27,354 bases of DNA from Octopus sinensis. Lineage: Eukaryota. Both the position numbers and the translations under genes were made by a program. Location: contig NW_021833332.1 of assembly GCF_006345805.1 (NCBI RefSeq), forward strand, positions 1 through 27,354, given 5' to 3'. Shown one piece after another: positions 10,736 through 21,220 of this stretch. Each line of letters starts with the position of its first letter. The first letter of the stretch is position 1. Below the pieces are notes generated by a model. That model was not told the origin of the DNA. It saw only the letters and a list, made by a program, of their open reading frames with translations, and made no database searches.

Positions 10736-12524
10736 TTTATCTCTTTATTCAGAGAGGACATACACAAACATGCGGGAAGAAAAAAACATATGAAAGAATG
10801 AATTACAATGAATTAAATTATAATGAATATGAGACGGTTTTCTTGGTCCCGCTCCGAGACGAAACCGCGATTACTTTTTCACAATTAAACGTTCTTACAG
10901 TTTTTTTATTCTTTTTTAATTTGTTCTTTTTCTTAGTCTTTTGTTTTTTTGTATCGTTTTTTTTTCTTTATACATTTTAACAGTATATTTTCCACTTTAT
11001 GAAGTATAAATTTTACTTACATATTTTTAAAAGTTCATAAAGGGTTTCAAATCTAATTCCACGACCGGTGGGAGCTCGTCAAACTCGACTTCAACCCCCA
11101 GCGGGTCTATGAAAAGTTCATGCATCTCTCTTAATTTCAAATATCTCTCTTTATCTATGACTATTCCTTTAGTGTGTTTCCGGTATTTTTCTGGCGGCAG
11201 CTTTACTCTTATTACCGATTTAAATTTTACAATCGTTTTCTCTACTTCTTTACTTTTGTAATAAGTGACCAAATGCCACTCGTATCTCTTCCTTTTCACT
11301 TCTGCTTGCTTCGGCTCCCGTCCTGATCTGTCCGAGCGAGCAGAAACATCACAACCAATTTTATGAATGCTTCCTTTTTCTCCCTGTTGTAATGCTGTTT
11401 TTCCTGTGTGCCTTCTTTCACCACTGCTTCTGTTGGTGCTTCACACCTATTTCTCTTTTCTTCCATCACAATCTCCTTTAACCATTTTTGACTGTCTGGG
11501 GGAGAATTCACCCGTTCCTTTCTCTTCCTCGTGTTTACTACTGTGAAGGGTTCCTCCACTCTGTCTGTCTCTTTCATTGATACTTCCTCTTCGGTATTTT
11601 TTCTTCACTTTTCTTCTCCTGCTCGTTTTCCTTCTCGGGACATCTTGCTTTTATGTGCCCCATTTACCGCATAGGAAGCATGTAGGTGGTCTTCCTTCTA
11701 CTGTTATTCGAAGTCTGCTGTCTTCCAGTAGTATTATATCCTCCGTCATACTATGCAAGTCTTCCAAAGATACCTGCATGGTCACTTCGAGCTATATCCC
11801 CACCAATTGAACTTTGAGGTCCTCTTCATCTTGAGGATCTCTACTCCGTCCTTCATATCGTGCATAATGTTTGCTACCAACCATTCTTCCTCGATTTCGT
11901 GGGAAGGGGTACTCTTCCAACTCTCACTCTGGCTGCGCGTTTGCCACAGTACGTCGGAAGTAGTATCCATTTCGTTGTCCGTAACGGCTCCGTGGCGTGG
12001 TTTATGGCATCTTCTTTGTTGCCAAACCTTACTTCCACTGAGCCATACTTCTTTCCACCTGTATAGAACGTGGTCAATTTTTTAACATTTTCTAGGCATT
12101 CCTCTATTTCTTCTGTTAAGGCTACCTCTATTTTTTGTTCGAGGACGTAGATAACGTTCTGTATACTACCGTCCTCTTTTCTATGCTTTATATCAGTTCT
12201 TCTGGGGGAGTCAGCTTTAGACTAGTTCCCTCCTTTTTTTACAAATTTTCTTCCTTCCTTTTTCTTGTGCCCATTTCTATTTCTTGCAATACCAGGGTGT
12301 TGGTATTTATTCCTTGTGTCGTTGCTGCCGCGTAACTTTGTCTATTCTCCATCTTTCTTCACTCCTCCCGTTGACGGGGATTATACAGGTGCAAACGAAC
12401 CAGTGAGTGAAATTCAATAATTTACACAATCCAACGCGCGGGGAAACCTACAACAACCATACAATATCAGTGTGTAACGATTTGAACTCACATCGAAGCA
12501 ATCACAATCAACACCCATTAGAAA
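10736..12524 (-). mobile_element. ORF1-only (HAL1-like) non-autonomous Tx1/L1-clade element, ~1.8 kb
   Basis: ~170-bp 5' UTR, ATG at 12352 (MENRQSYAAA...), decayed ORF1 homologous to the full element's ORF1 (GGKKYGSVEVRF vs RGKKFGTVEVRF; CFLCGKxGHIKARC knuckle), stop at 11027, ~290-bp 3' UTR and AATAAA (10744-10749). Flanking repeats CAATCACTAG (10726-10735) and CAATCGCCAG (12525-12534). No ORF2 sequence. Confidence 0.75.
11027..12352 (-). pseudogene. Decayed ORF1 (gag-like, CCHC) of the ORF1-only element
   Basis: ORF-track pieces 11874-12077, 11782-11970, 11296-11577 and 11027-11299, plus the N-terminus from 12352, align collinearly with ORF1 at 21136-22395. Stops and frameshifts are present. 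Confidence 0.75.
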
Positions 12525-12534
12525 CAATCGCCAG

Positions 12535-12690
12535 TTTTCTCTTTATTATAGGCATGTAGCCTGAATATAGAATGGACAATACAATTACATACAAACAATA
12601 CAAAATTTGGGGTACATATAACAAATAATGAATATGAGATGAGTTATGTGTATTGACTCGTCATCCTCGTTTATACCTCGTTCAGAGATT
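12535..12690 (-). mobile_element. 5'-truncated 3' end of another Tx1-type element
   Basis: Starts TTTTCTCTTTATT (AATAAA on minus). Shares ATAGA(T)ATGGACA(G/A)TACAA and AAACAATACAAA with the 3' UTR of the full element, and TAATGAATATGAGA with the ORF1-only element. Confidence 0.55.
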
Positions 12691-12694
12691 TATT

Positions 12695-13145
12695 ATTGTT
12701 TATTTATTATTATTATTATTATCTTTGCACAGTTTCTAACGCTGGAGATGTACTACGGTGTCAGTTGTTCACTACCAGTAAACTAAGGTAACACCTCTTA
12801 TTTTTCGAGCACCTTCCGGAGTATTCGCATGGTTTGAAGCAATGCTGTTTTCAGCAAGTACTCCACCAATATTGCAGCCCCTATTTGTTCCATGTACTTC
12901 TCAAGAATTTTATTCACTATTCCCATGGCTCCGACAATTATTGGCATTACTACCACCTTTTTCATCGACCACAACTGCTTAACCTCCCAAGCTAACCCGT
13001 TATATCTCTCAACTTTTCTTTCTTCCTTATCGCATAACTTGATGTCAGCTGGGCATGCTATATCTATGATCCAGCATAGTTTGCTTTCTCTCTCAATTAA
13101 AAATATGTCTGGCTTCCTATTCTCTATCTCATGGCTGCACTGAAT
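12695..13145 (-). pseudogene. 3' end of an R4/Dong-clade element: RLE endonuclease, 3' UTR and (TAA)n tail
   Basis: QCSHEIENRKPDIFLIERESKLCWIIDIACPAD...KVERY..LAWEVKQLW..KVVVMPIIVGAMG (PD..D, K..KY RLE motifs), stop at 12798, then a short UTR and TAA repeats near 12695-12722. Confidence 0.85.
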
Positions 13146-13224
13146 CTTAGGACAAGATTGGAAATAAGATCTTAAAGCAGCCAAATTAAATACAGGCTGC
13201 ACGGAGAAAATGCCACTGTGAAAT

Positions 13225-14685
13225 ATTGAATGGAATAACAGAGATTGATGAATCTATATTAGACGTTGAGTAATTGTCATTAAAGAAATATTTCGATGAA
13301 GCTCCTAATCAGGAAGAAGTCAACAAGGCCATAGAATAGATGGAATATCTGAAGAGGTACTGAAATGTTGGGGAGATACGCTGAAAAGTAAGCTGTACTT
13401 CTTCTGTAACTCCTCAAGACTGAAGAGAGGCAATATTGGTATTTCTGTTTCAGAAGAGTAAGAAATCTGAGTGCGAATATTTTCATGGAATCTCGCTGCT
13501 CTCTGAACAGACTTATTTCCACGGTGACAAATAGCATCCTAGAAGAAATGCAGTGTGATTTTAGAGCACACAGAGGAACCAGCGACATGCTATTTTTTGC
13601 CTGACAAATTCGGGAAAAGTGTACTGAGCAAAATATTGTCATACATCAATGCTTTCTTGATTTTCCCAAAGGATTTGACAGACCAATGCTACGGCATTTT
13701 TTAAAGAATTTTTGTTGTCTTTACAAGTTTACGGACCTGATATAAACTTTGTATGACAACATGGAGGCTAAACTGTACTTTAATGGTAATTTACCTCAAC
13801 CTTTTTGTGTTGAATGTTGGGTAAAACAAGGAGGCATTCTTGCCTCAACGTCATTTGCTTTTTATTTTACTGCAGTATTCATAGTAGCATTCAAAAGTAA
13901 CACTAAGAGAATCTACATCAGATATAGAACCGCTGAGAGATTGTTCTACTGTTCAACGTTAAGATATTTGAAGCAGATACTAAGGAGCTTGTGATCTTGA
14001 TAGGAAATTATTGCATGTTAATTATAGTGATTTAATATCTCACACAGAACAGGAAGTGCGTGATCTGATTACAGTTTTTAATTCATCATGCAAAGCTATT
14101 GGATTGAAAATGAATTTTAAGAAAACAGAAAATATGTTGCAGTTAGTATCTGGAAAATGTTAGGCCAAAAATATTAGTAGGAGATAAAGAATTAAAAGTG
14201 GTGAAATCTTCTTTATCTGTAAAGTGTGCTGTCAGATGATGCAAGTTTGGAGAAGGAAGTTTCATACATAATTGGCAAATTTTGTAAACCTGAAAAACAG
14301 GCTTTAGTCACAACACGAAATCAGATAAAGGAGAAACATATTCATCTACAAAACATATTTACTCTCAGCTTTATTGTATTTTTGTGAAACTTGAATGATT
14401 TCCAAACACCAAATTAAGATGTTCAAACGGTTTTACCAACGCTGTTTGAGACATGTAGTCTATGTGAAGGGGACCTATTATACTCCCGAATACCAAAAAT
14501 TCTACAGAAATCTCAAATGACTGCAGTGAAGCCATGTCGTTTGGAGTTTTAAAGAAAGAGTGGAGATGTTGTTCGTATAATACCAGAATTCCTAAGCAAC
14601 TGTTCATGGGGAATTGAAACAAGGAAAGAGGAAAACTTCAAAACCTAAACTGCAGTACAAAGATCTTTCTAAGAGAACTTGAAGA
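13225..14685 (+). pseudogene. Decayed RTE-clade LINE reverse transcriptase fragment
   Basis: Broken frames read HGISLLS, MQCDFRAHRGTSDMLFF..QIREKCTEQ, FLDFPKGFD, LYDNMEAK..NG..VKQGGILA, and C-terminal RIPKQLF.GELKQGKRK..KPKLQYKD. These are typical RTE/BovB-like motifs. Confidence 0.8.
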
Positions 14686-15219
14686 AATATGCTGTGTGTA
14701 CCTGTGTGCGTGTGTGCATGTGTGTGTGTGTGTATGTGTGTTTACATATAGATAAATATTGTTGCATAACCTTAGACTTTCAGAATAGACACTTGCCCAA
14801 ATAACCGCGAGTAGACCAAACATAAGCCCAGACGATTGCAGAAGACTGGGCGTATTTGAACTGAGAACTCAATGACATACATCTAAATATGATTTTTGTG
14901 TGGCGTCTACTCATATTTCCACCATACGTTCCCATTTAGTTGATAACGACAAAGGAAGGGAATGGGCTTTACTCTGCAATTTTCTACCTCATATAAATCC
15001 AGCCGTGTTCCCGGGTAACAAAAATTCAATCATATCGAATTGTTTCCACCGAACTACAAATACTTGATCGTTGAGTATTAACTATCAACTGCTGCTACTC
15101 AGTATAGTAAGATACAAAGACAGCGCTGAAATGAATAAGGGATATTCAATAAATTGAATATTATGACGGCTTTTAGAAACAGTAATGTTTTATATATTCT
15201 CCAGAATTTTCTCCAAAGC

Positions 15220-15408
15220 AAGCAACTGTGAGGGAGGGTGGAAGTCAATTAAAAGAACTCGGGTGCTCAAGTGGTACTTATTTTATCAACCCCAAAAGTA
15301 CGTAAGACAAAGTCGACCACTGGGGGCATTTCAACTCAGTACGTAAAGACAAACGATATATCGCTAAGCACTATGCTCGATGTGCTAACAATTCTGCCAG
15401 CTCACCGC
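15220..15408 (-). mobile_element. tRNA-derived SINE, family 4 (degraded)
   Basis: GTACTTATTTTATCAACCCC...AACTCAGTACGTAAAGAC...CGCTAAGCAC...GTGCTAAC..TTCTGCCAGCTCACCGC; homologous to 22921-22976 and 23016-23202. Confidence 0.8.
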
Positions 15409-16189
15409 TTTTGTTGTCTTAATAGCATTGACCAGATACAAAATTCACTCTGTTTAATCTTCTGTTAAATTGTTATTCTATCGTAAAAAGTTATAGACTT
15501 TTCCAAGCTAATTCAAGATGCGGATAAAAACTTGTGAAAATTTCATAAACTTATCTATTTAGATATTCATATATATATATATATATATATATAACATTAA
15601 TTTTTTTGCCAGTATAAAACCATTATGTAATTAAGTGGTAATAGTTCATCTTTTTCTTGTTTTTACTTATATTCTCAGCAATATTCTAACAACCTTTACG
15701 CAAGCATCAGTACAGATATGTGTGTGTGCATATATCTGTGTGTGTGTGGTGATATACATTCATATATATATATATAATATATATATATAATATATATATA
15801 TATATCTAATATGATGGAATTGAAAAGAAGTAAAAATGATTCAGTGAATTTAATTAACAATATACATTCTAAATCGATTTTTTGTCTCTTGTGAAGCATT
15901 TAATAAATAGAAAAATGCATTTTTTTTATATTAACACAAATATGAGTACATTTTTCACTATATTTCGTATACAATCTATTTCTCAGAGAAACAAAATACA
16001 TGCATAAGTACATATATAAACAGTGTATACACAGTGGAAGGGACAAAAAAAAATTAAATCATGTGCAAAAACGATTTTTGCTAATGGAAAAGTCATCTTT
16101 GTGATGGCATAAAGTTTAGAAACCGTTAATTATACATTTCTAGATAGTAACATAAAAATTTATATAAATTAAACTGTTGACAAAAAAAT

Positions 16190-16288
16190 GCATGATATAA
16201 TGAAAATATGTGTATATATAGTATGAATAGATATAAATAATATATCGTGATGTAATATATATATATAAATAGACATACATATACACAT

Positions 16289-16335
<47 letters not shown>

Positions 16336-16404
16336 TACATATATATACATACATAGATATACATATATACTTATATATATATGTGAGTATATATGTACAT
16401 CTAT

Positions 16405-16438
<34 letters not shown>

Positions 16439-16476
16439 ATATACATACATAGATGTACATATATACTTATATTATG

Positions 16477-16518
<42 letters not shown>

Positions 16519-16520
16519 TT
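16190..16520. repeat. Compound (TA)n/(CA)n low-complexity tract
   Basis: Seen directly. Similar tracts at 2150-2650, 9221-9368, 9700-9910, 16880-17280 and 24040-24140. Confidence 0.95.
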
Positions 16521-16898
16521 AAATACATAAATAAATGTGTGAATGTGTGTGATGTGCGTATGTGAGTGTCTACGTACACCACACCCACACACATATCCTA
16601 TACCATTTTTGCTATTCGTGTTATTTAGTGTCTATGTACTTTATTTCTCAACATATCGGGTAATTCTTTTTTAAAAAAAAAACAAAAGTTCACCTACCGC
16701 CTTCCTCTACACAATGTGATTGAAACATAAGTATACAGAATTTCAACAGAAGTAATGAAAGAATAATTATACGTGTATTTCTATTAGTAACGTGTGTGGC
16801 TCATCAAATGAAAGTATACGTAAGTGTTTGCGTTCTCTTCGTTCACCATGCTAATATGGCGCTTTCCTATAAAGATATATCTATGCATATATACACAC

Positions 16899-16944
<46 letters not shown>

Positions 16945-17224
16945 CTTATATAGATAAACATATATATGTATATACATACACACACACCCCACACGTATAT
17001 ATATATGTGCATAAATATTTATACGTTCATATATATATATTCGTACATATGTATATGTATGTTTAATGTAATTCTGCGCATGTTTATAAGACATGTGAAT
17101 ACAATGTATGCATTTCGTACATTATACTTCATTATGTCAGTATATCTATAATATAATGTCTTACGGGAAACTACACACATCATATAATTACATCATATTT
17201 TTTGCATATATATATATATGCATA

Positions 17225-17265
<41 letters not shown>

Positions 17266-17454
17266 ATATATACGCGTGTGTATCTTTATAAACTTGCTCA
17301 CTGATGTGACTCGAACCTGGTATCTTTTCTTCGTCTTAATTTGTATTTATTCTACATTTTTTTGACGAACTCTATTTATGCGACCATAGCATTTTAGATT
17401 ATCTGCTTTTTAATAGTTTGGGATTTAAATTTTAACACAAGACCAGTAATTTTG

Positions 17455-17584
17455 ATGGAGGGGATAAATCAATCACATCGCTCCCAGCGTTCAAATGTTA
17501 ATTAATTCATCAACCTCTAAGTGTGAAATTCAAAGTGGATCATGGCAGAATTCGAACTCAGATTGTAAGGACGACCAAAATACC
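17455..17584 (-). mobile_element. 3' half (box B side) of the family-4 SINE interrupted by the Tx1 element
   Basis: GGGGATAAATCAATCACATCG...TGGCAGAATTCGAACTCAGATTGTAAGGACGACCAAAATACC; continues at 22921. Confidence 0.75.
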
Positions 17585-17831
17585 AATTTCTTTATTGCCC
17601 ACCGGGGGCCAAACATAGATATGGACAGTACAACTGATGGGATCAGTGAATCGATATGATTTTACATAAATGTGACATCAAAAATAAAATACAATACATA
17701 AAAATCGAATGGAATACACAGTACAAAAACAATACAAATGAAGCGATGATCAAGTTACGCTCCGATCCCACAAGCCCCGATCTACCGCTGATACCTTTTT
17801 ATTTTTCTTTTTTTTTTTTTTCCTCGTCTAT

Positions 17832-20800
17832 TCACACGGTTCCTTGCACGCACAACACTCGTGCAACATACTTCCATCTCTTTTGGAACGTACACTCTGA
17901 CAGACACCTCTTCTCCAGCCACAGTTTCCTTTTCAAATGAAAAGAAAAAAAGGATCGTAAATGTCACCAGAGATAAAGTTGCCTGTCTTAATTCCTTTTA
18001 TCCTAGTATTCCATACAGCCTCTTTTGCTATTGCTACAACCGTGAGAAAACAATTCTTACCTTCGTTCGTTAGAACTCCCGTGGGTCAATTTTTATAATT
18101 GACTCAGTCGACAGCCGTACTCTTCCTTCGCCGGACAACAGATGTTCAGCATAAGCCCACATTTCAGTTATCTCCGGACACTGAACAATAGCGTGAGGGA
18201 CGGTTTCCCTGTCCCCACCGCATCTTGGACAGGTCGGCGACTGACGTTTACCATGTCTTGCGAGCTTATCCCAAACGGGCAAGGCACCTCTGTAGCATTG
18301 CCAGGTTAAGGACTTTTGGAAGTTGTCCAACGTTCTCAACCCGAATGTACGATGAAACAAGCTGTCCAGTTGAATAAATCCGAGACCTAGAGTCGACCCC
18401 AGGCCATCGTCGCATTCAGACTCTACCAACCCACTATATAAAATCCGTGTGGAACCCCCCCGCTGGCGTTGCCCGAGCGCCGGAACAGCAAGAGGGCCTT
18501 ACGGCACTCTTTATGCCACTCACTCGACCTCGGTCTACGAGAACACCAGGCTTCCTGTTCGCAAAAACTCTTGAACTCAGGGAACATTTGTCTGGCCAGC
18601 GGAGACCACACCCGTTCACTATCCAGGAGAATCCAGAGGTGCCTCAACCTCAACGCATGTCTGCGCATCATTAACCAAGGCATCCCTAAACCTCCATTTA
18701 AAGGCTTTTGACAGCAGACAGAGCGTTTCACAAGTGGCGACCTGCCCTTCCACAAAAAGCGAAAGAGCTGTCTCTCCTCAACCTGATCAACCACGAATCC
18801 GGACAGGGCACGACAGTCAGGCGGTAGGTAATGACCGATGCGATAAACATTGGCCACTTCCGCCCTCCCTTTCAGGGATAGCCACCGCCAAGACCAAGTC
18901 TTGACTACTGCAGCCACCCTGCTCAATACCTCCGTCCAGTTCTTCTCTATCTGGAGGCCTGGTCCAAACCAGACTCCCAGCAACTTAACCGGTCCCTCCG
19001 TCCAGCGCCTAACAACACTGTCTGAAGGCATCGACTTGCCAACCCAGGTGCCGAGCTGCAAGCCGACCGACTTTTCCCGGTTAATCTTTGCTCCTGCTAC
19101 CTCCTCGTAAGCCTCAATAGTCTTACCTACTTCACGTAGGCGTACCACTGTGGTTACACTGATAGTGATATCATCCGCGAAAGCCGTAACAAACTCCTCT
19201 AGTCCTGGTTCTCTCGGGATGCCACTCAACCTTTGCAGTAATGGCTCGAGAGCCATCACATACAAAAGTGGTGAAAGCGGACATCCTTGACGAACCGAGC
19301 GTCTGATGCAGAACGGCTTCGAAAGGAAACCGTTCACCCGAACTATCGAGTCAATGTTGTGGTACAAAGCGATAAACCACCTGAGGAAGCCAAGGCCCAG
19401 GCCAAACCGCGCAAGTACAGTCGCTAGGTATCGATGGTCAACCCTATCAAAAGCTTTAGACTGGTCCAAATGCACCAATGCCCCCCCTTTGCCAGATTTA
19501 TTACCAAACCTCTCTATGGTATAGCGAATAAGATGGAGGGTATCCTGAATGGTTCTGCCTGGGATGGCACATGTCTGTGCCTCCCCGACTATACCATTCG
19601 CGACACGCGCCAACCTTTTTGCTAGAACCTTGGCCAAAATCTTCACTTCTGCGTTTAACAGAGTGATGGGCCTGAAATTCTCTAGAACGTCCCCCTTGTC
19701 CGGGTCCTTTCTGACCAACGTCACTACTCCCCGGCGCACAGATCTGGGGATAAACCCATTCTGTTTCCAGTTCGCGTACACGTCGGTCAGTAGTTGCCCG
19801 AACAAGTCTGGCATACATTTATACAGCTCGTACGGAAGACCATCAAGTCCCGTTGACTTACCCGCTTTACAATCGGCCAAAGCCTCCATCACCTCCTCAA
19901 GTGTGATTGGCCCTTCGCAAGACTCCGCATCCGACCCCGAGAGGCACGGCAGCCCGGTAAGAAAGTCCTCGAGGGCTCCCCACCACCAGGACCGCCGTCA
20001 CCCCCGAACAGCTGGGCGAAGTACTCCCGAAAGACCTCACACATTTTCTCGGGTTCGTTTATCAAGACACCCTTTGATTCGTCAAAGACCGAATAGAGGA
20101 ACTATTTCCTTGCCGAGCTTCCACCACTCGGGCCCATCCAGCGGCTTTGATTCCTTCACTTCCCATTGCACGTAACTTAGCTCTGGTAATACTTCCCATG
20201 TGGTGGGCTTCAAGATGCTGGTTTAACTCCTCGCTTGGTCTGTATTACCAGTCCTCCAGGCTTCTTCTAGTTCCTTAACTAGACCATCTCCTATTTTACG
20301 TCCCTTCTTAGCTAAACTTATGCTAAACCTAATAGACTCATATTTGATGGCTCTTTTTAGGGCGTACCACCATTTGTTATTAATGATGGTACCTGTTAAT
20401 GCCCTCTGTATTAACATCTTGATCCGCTTTCTGTACTCCTCAATCGCCAAAAGGGACGTATTGAGTTTCCAGTAGCCAGATCCCTGTCTATGCAACTTAT
20501 CTACCGTCAGTTTACAGGTAACCATCTTGTGGTCACTGTAGCTGACTAGAAAAAACTGTGGACACTCAACTATGGACTTATCTTTTTCTCTAATTAAAAT
20601 CCTATCTAGATATGTTCTGGTAGACCCGTCACTATTTGACCACGTCCACTGTGGAGTGTTCGGGTGCTCCAACCTATATGGATCTGCTAGCTGAAATTGA
20701 CTTAGCAGATCCCGAAAGCCTGTGTTACATTTTCTGTTCATGTTCGAGTTTGAGCCAACACAATCTGTGTGTGCTGCACATATTGTATTAGAGTCTCCTA

Positions 20801-21209
20801 ACACTACTAGTGAATGCGACGTGGCTAGGAACTTTCCTAGGCCACGAAAATATTCAGTTTGCGGGCCAATAATGTTTGGTGCATAAATAGCGACCAGCCT
20901 GATTGTCTTGCCACAACTGAATGTCAAGTCGAGAACGACCAGCCTGCCTTCTGGGTCAGAAAAAACCAACTTTTTCTCGGCTACCCGGTTTCTTTTTAGT
21001 AGGACCAACACCCCACCTCCCGCCCGACTCGGAGAAACGTATTTCTCGTAGCCGTTCAGGAGGGGGAGCAGATCTCTTGGCCCCTTCACCCGGGTTTCCG
21101 TTGCAACAATTACATCCAAATTTCTCGACCTGATGTCATTCAGAAAGCGTCCTTGCTTCCAGCTTGACAACAGGCCATGAACATTTAAACAACCAATGTG
21201 AATAGCCAT
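17832..21209 (-). CDS. ORF2: APE endonuclease, reverse transcriptase and C-terminal zinc knuckle (frameshifted)
   Basis: APE motifs LNVHG, ETR, IYAP, LGDSN, RTYLDR, SDH (20223-21209). RT motifs GLDGLPYELY, FRPITLLN, LDQSKAFDRV, RQGCPLSPLLY, FADD, KLLGV (18423-19892). CPRC..ETVPHAIVQC (18070-18429). Tail ...AIAKEAVWNTR...HLKRKLWLEKRCL..FQKRW to TGA at 17832. About 8 single-base frameshifts. Confidence 0.9.
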
Positions 21210-21220
21210 CACTTACCTGT

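Noticed and set aside
16788-16819. Possible 32-nt micro-exon (TTCTATTAG|...|GTAAGT)
   Set aside because: The splice signals are plausible, but there is no partner exon, recognisable peptide or transcript evidence. This is expected by chance in 27 kb.
944-17365. Many 60-130 aa ORFs rich in YIYI/CVCV/HTHT
   Set aside because: They are translations of TA, TG and CA microsatellites and SINE bodies, and recur wherever the same SINE occurs.
19549-20175. 208-aa plus-strand ORF and other plus-strand ORFs in 18447-22799
   Set aside because: Antisense shadows of the LINE ORFs, with no recognisable motifs.
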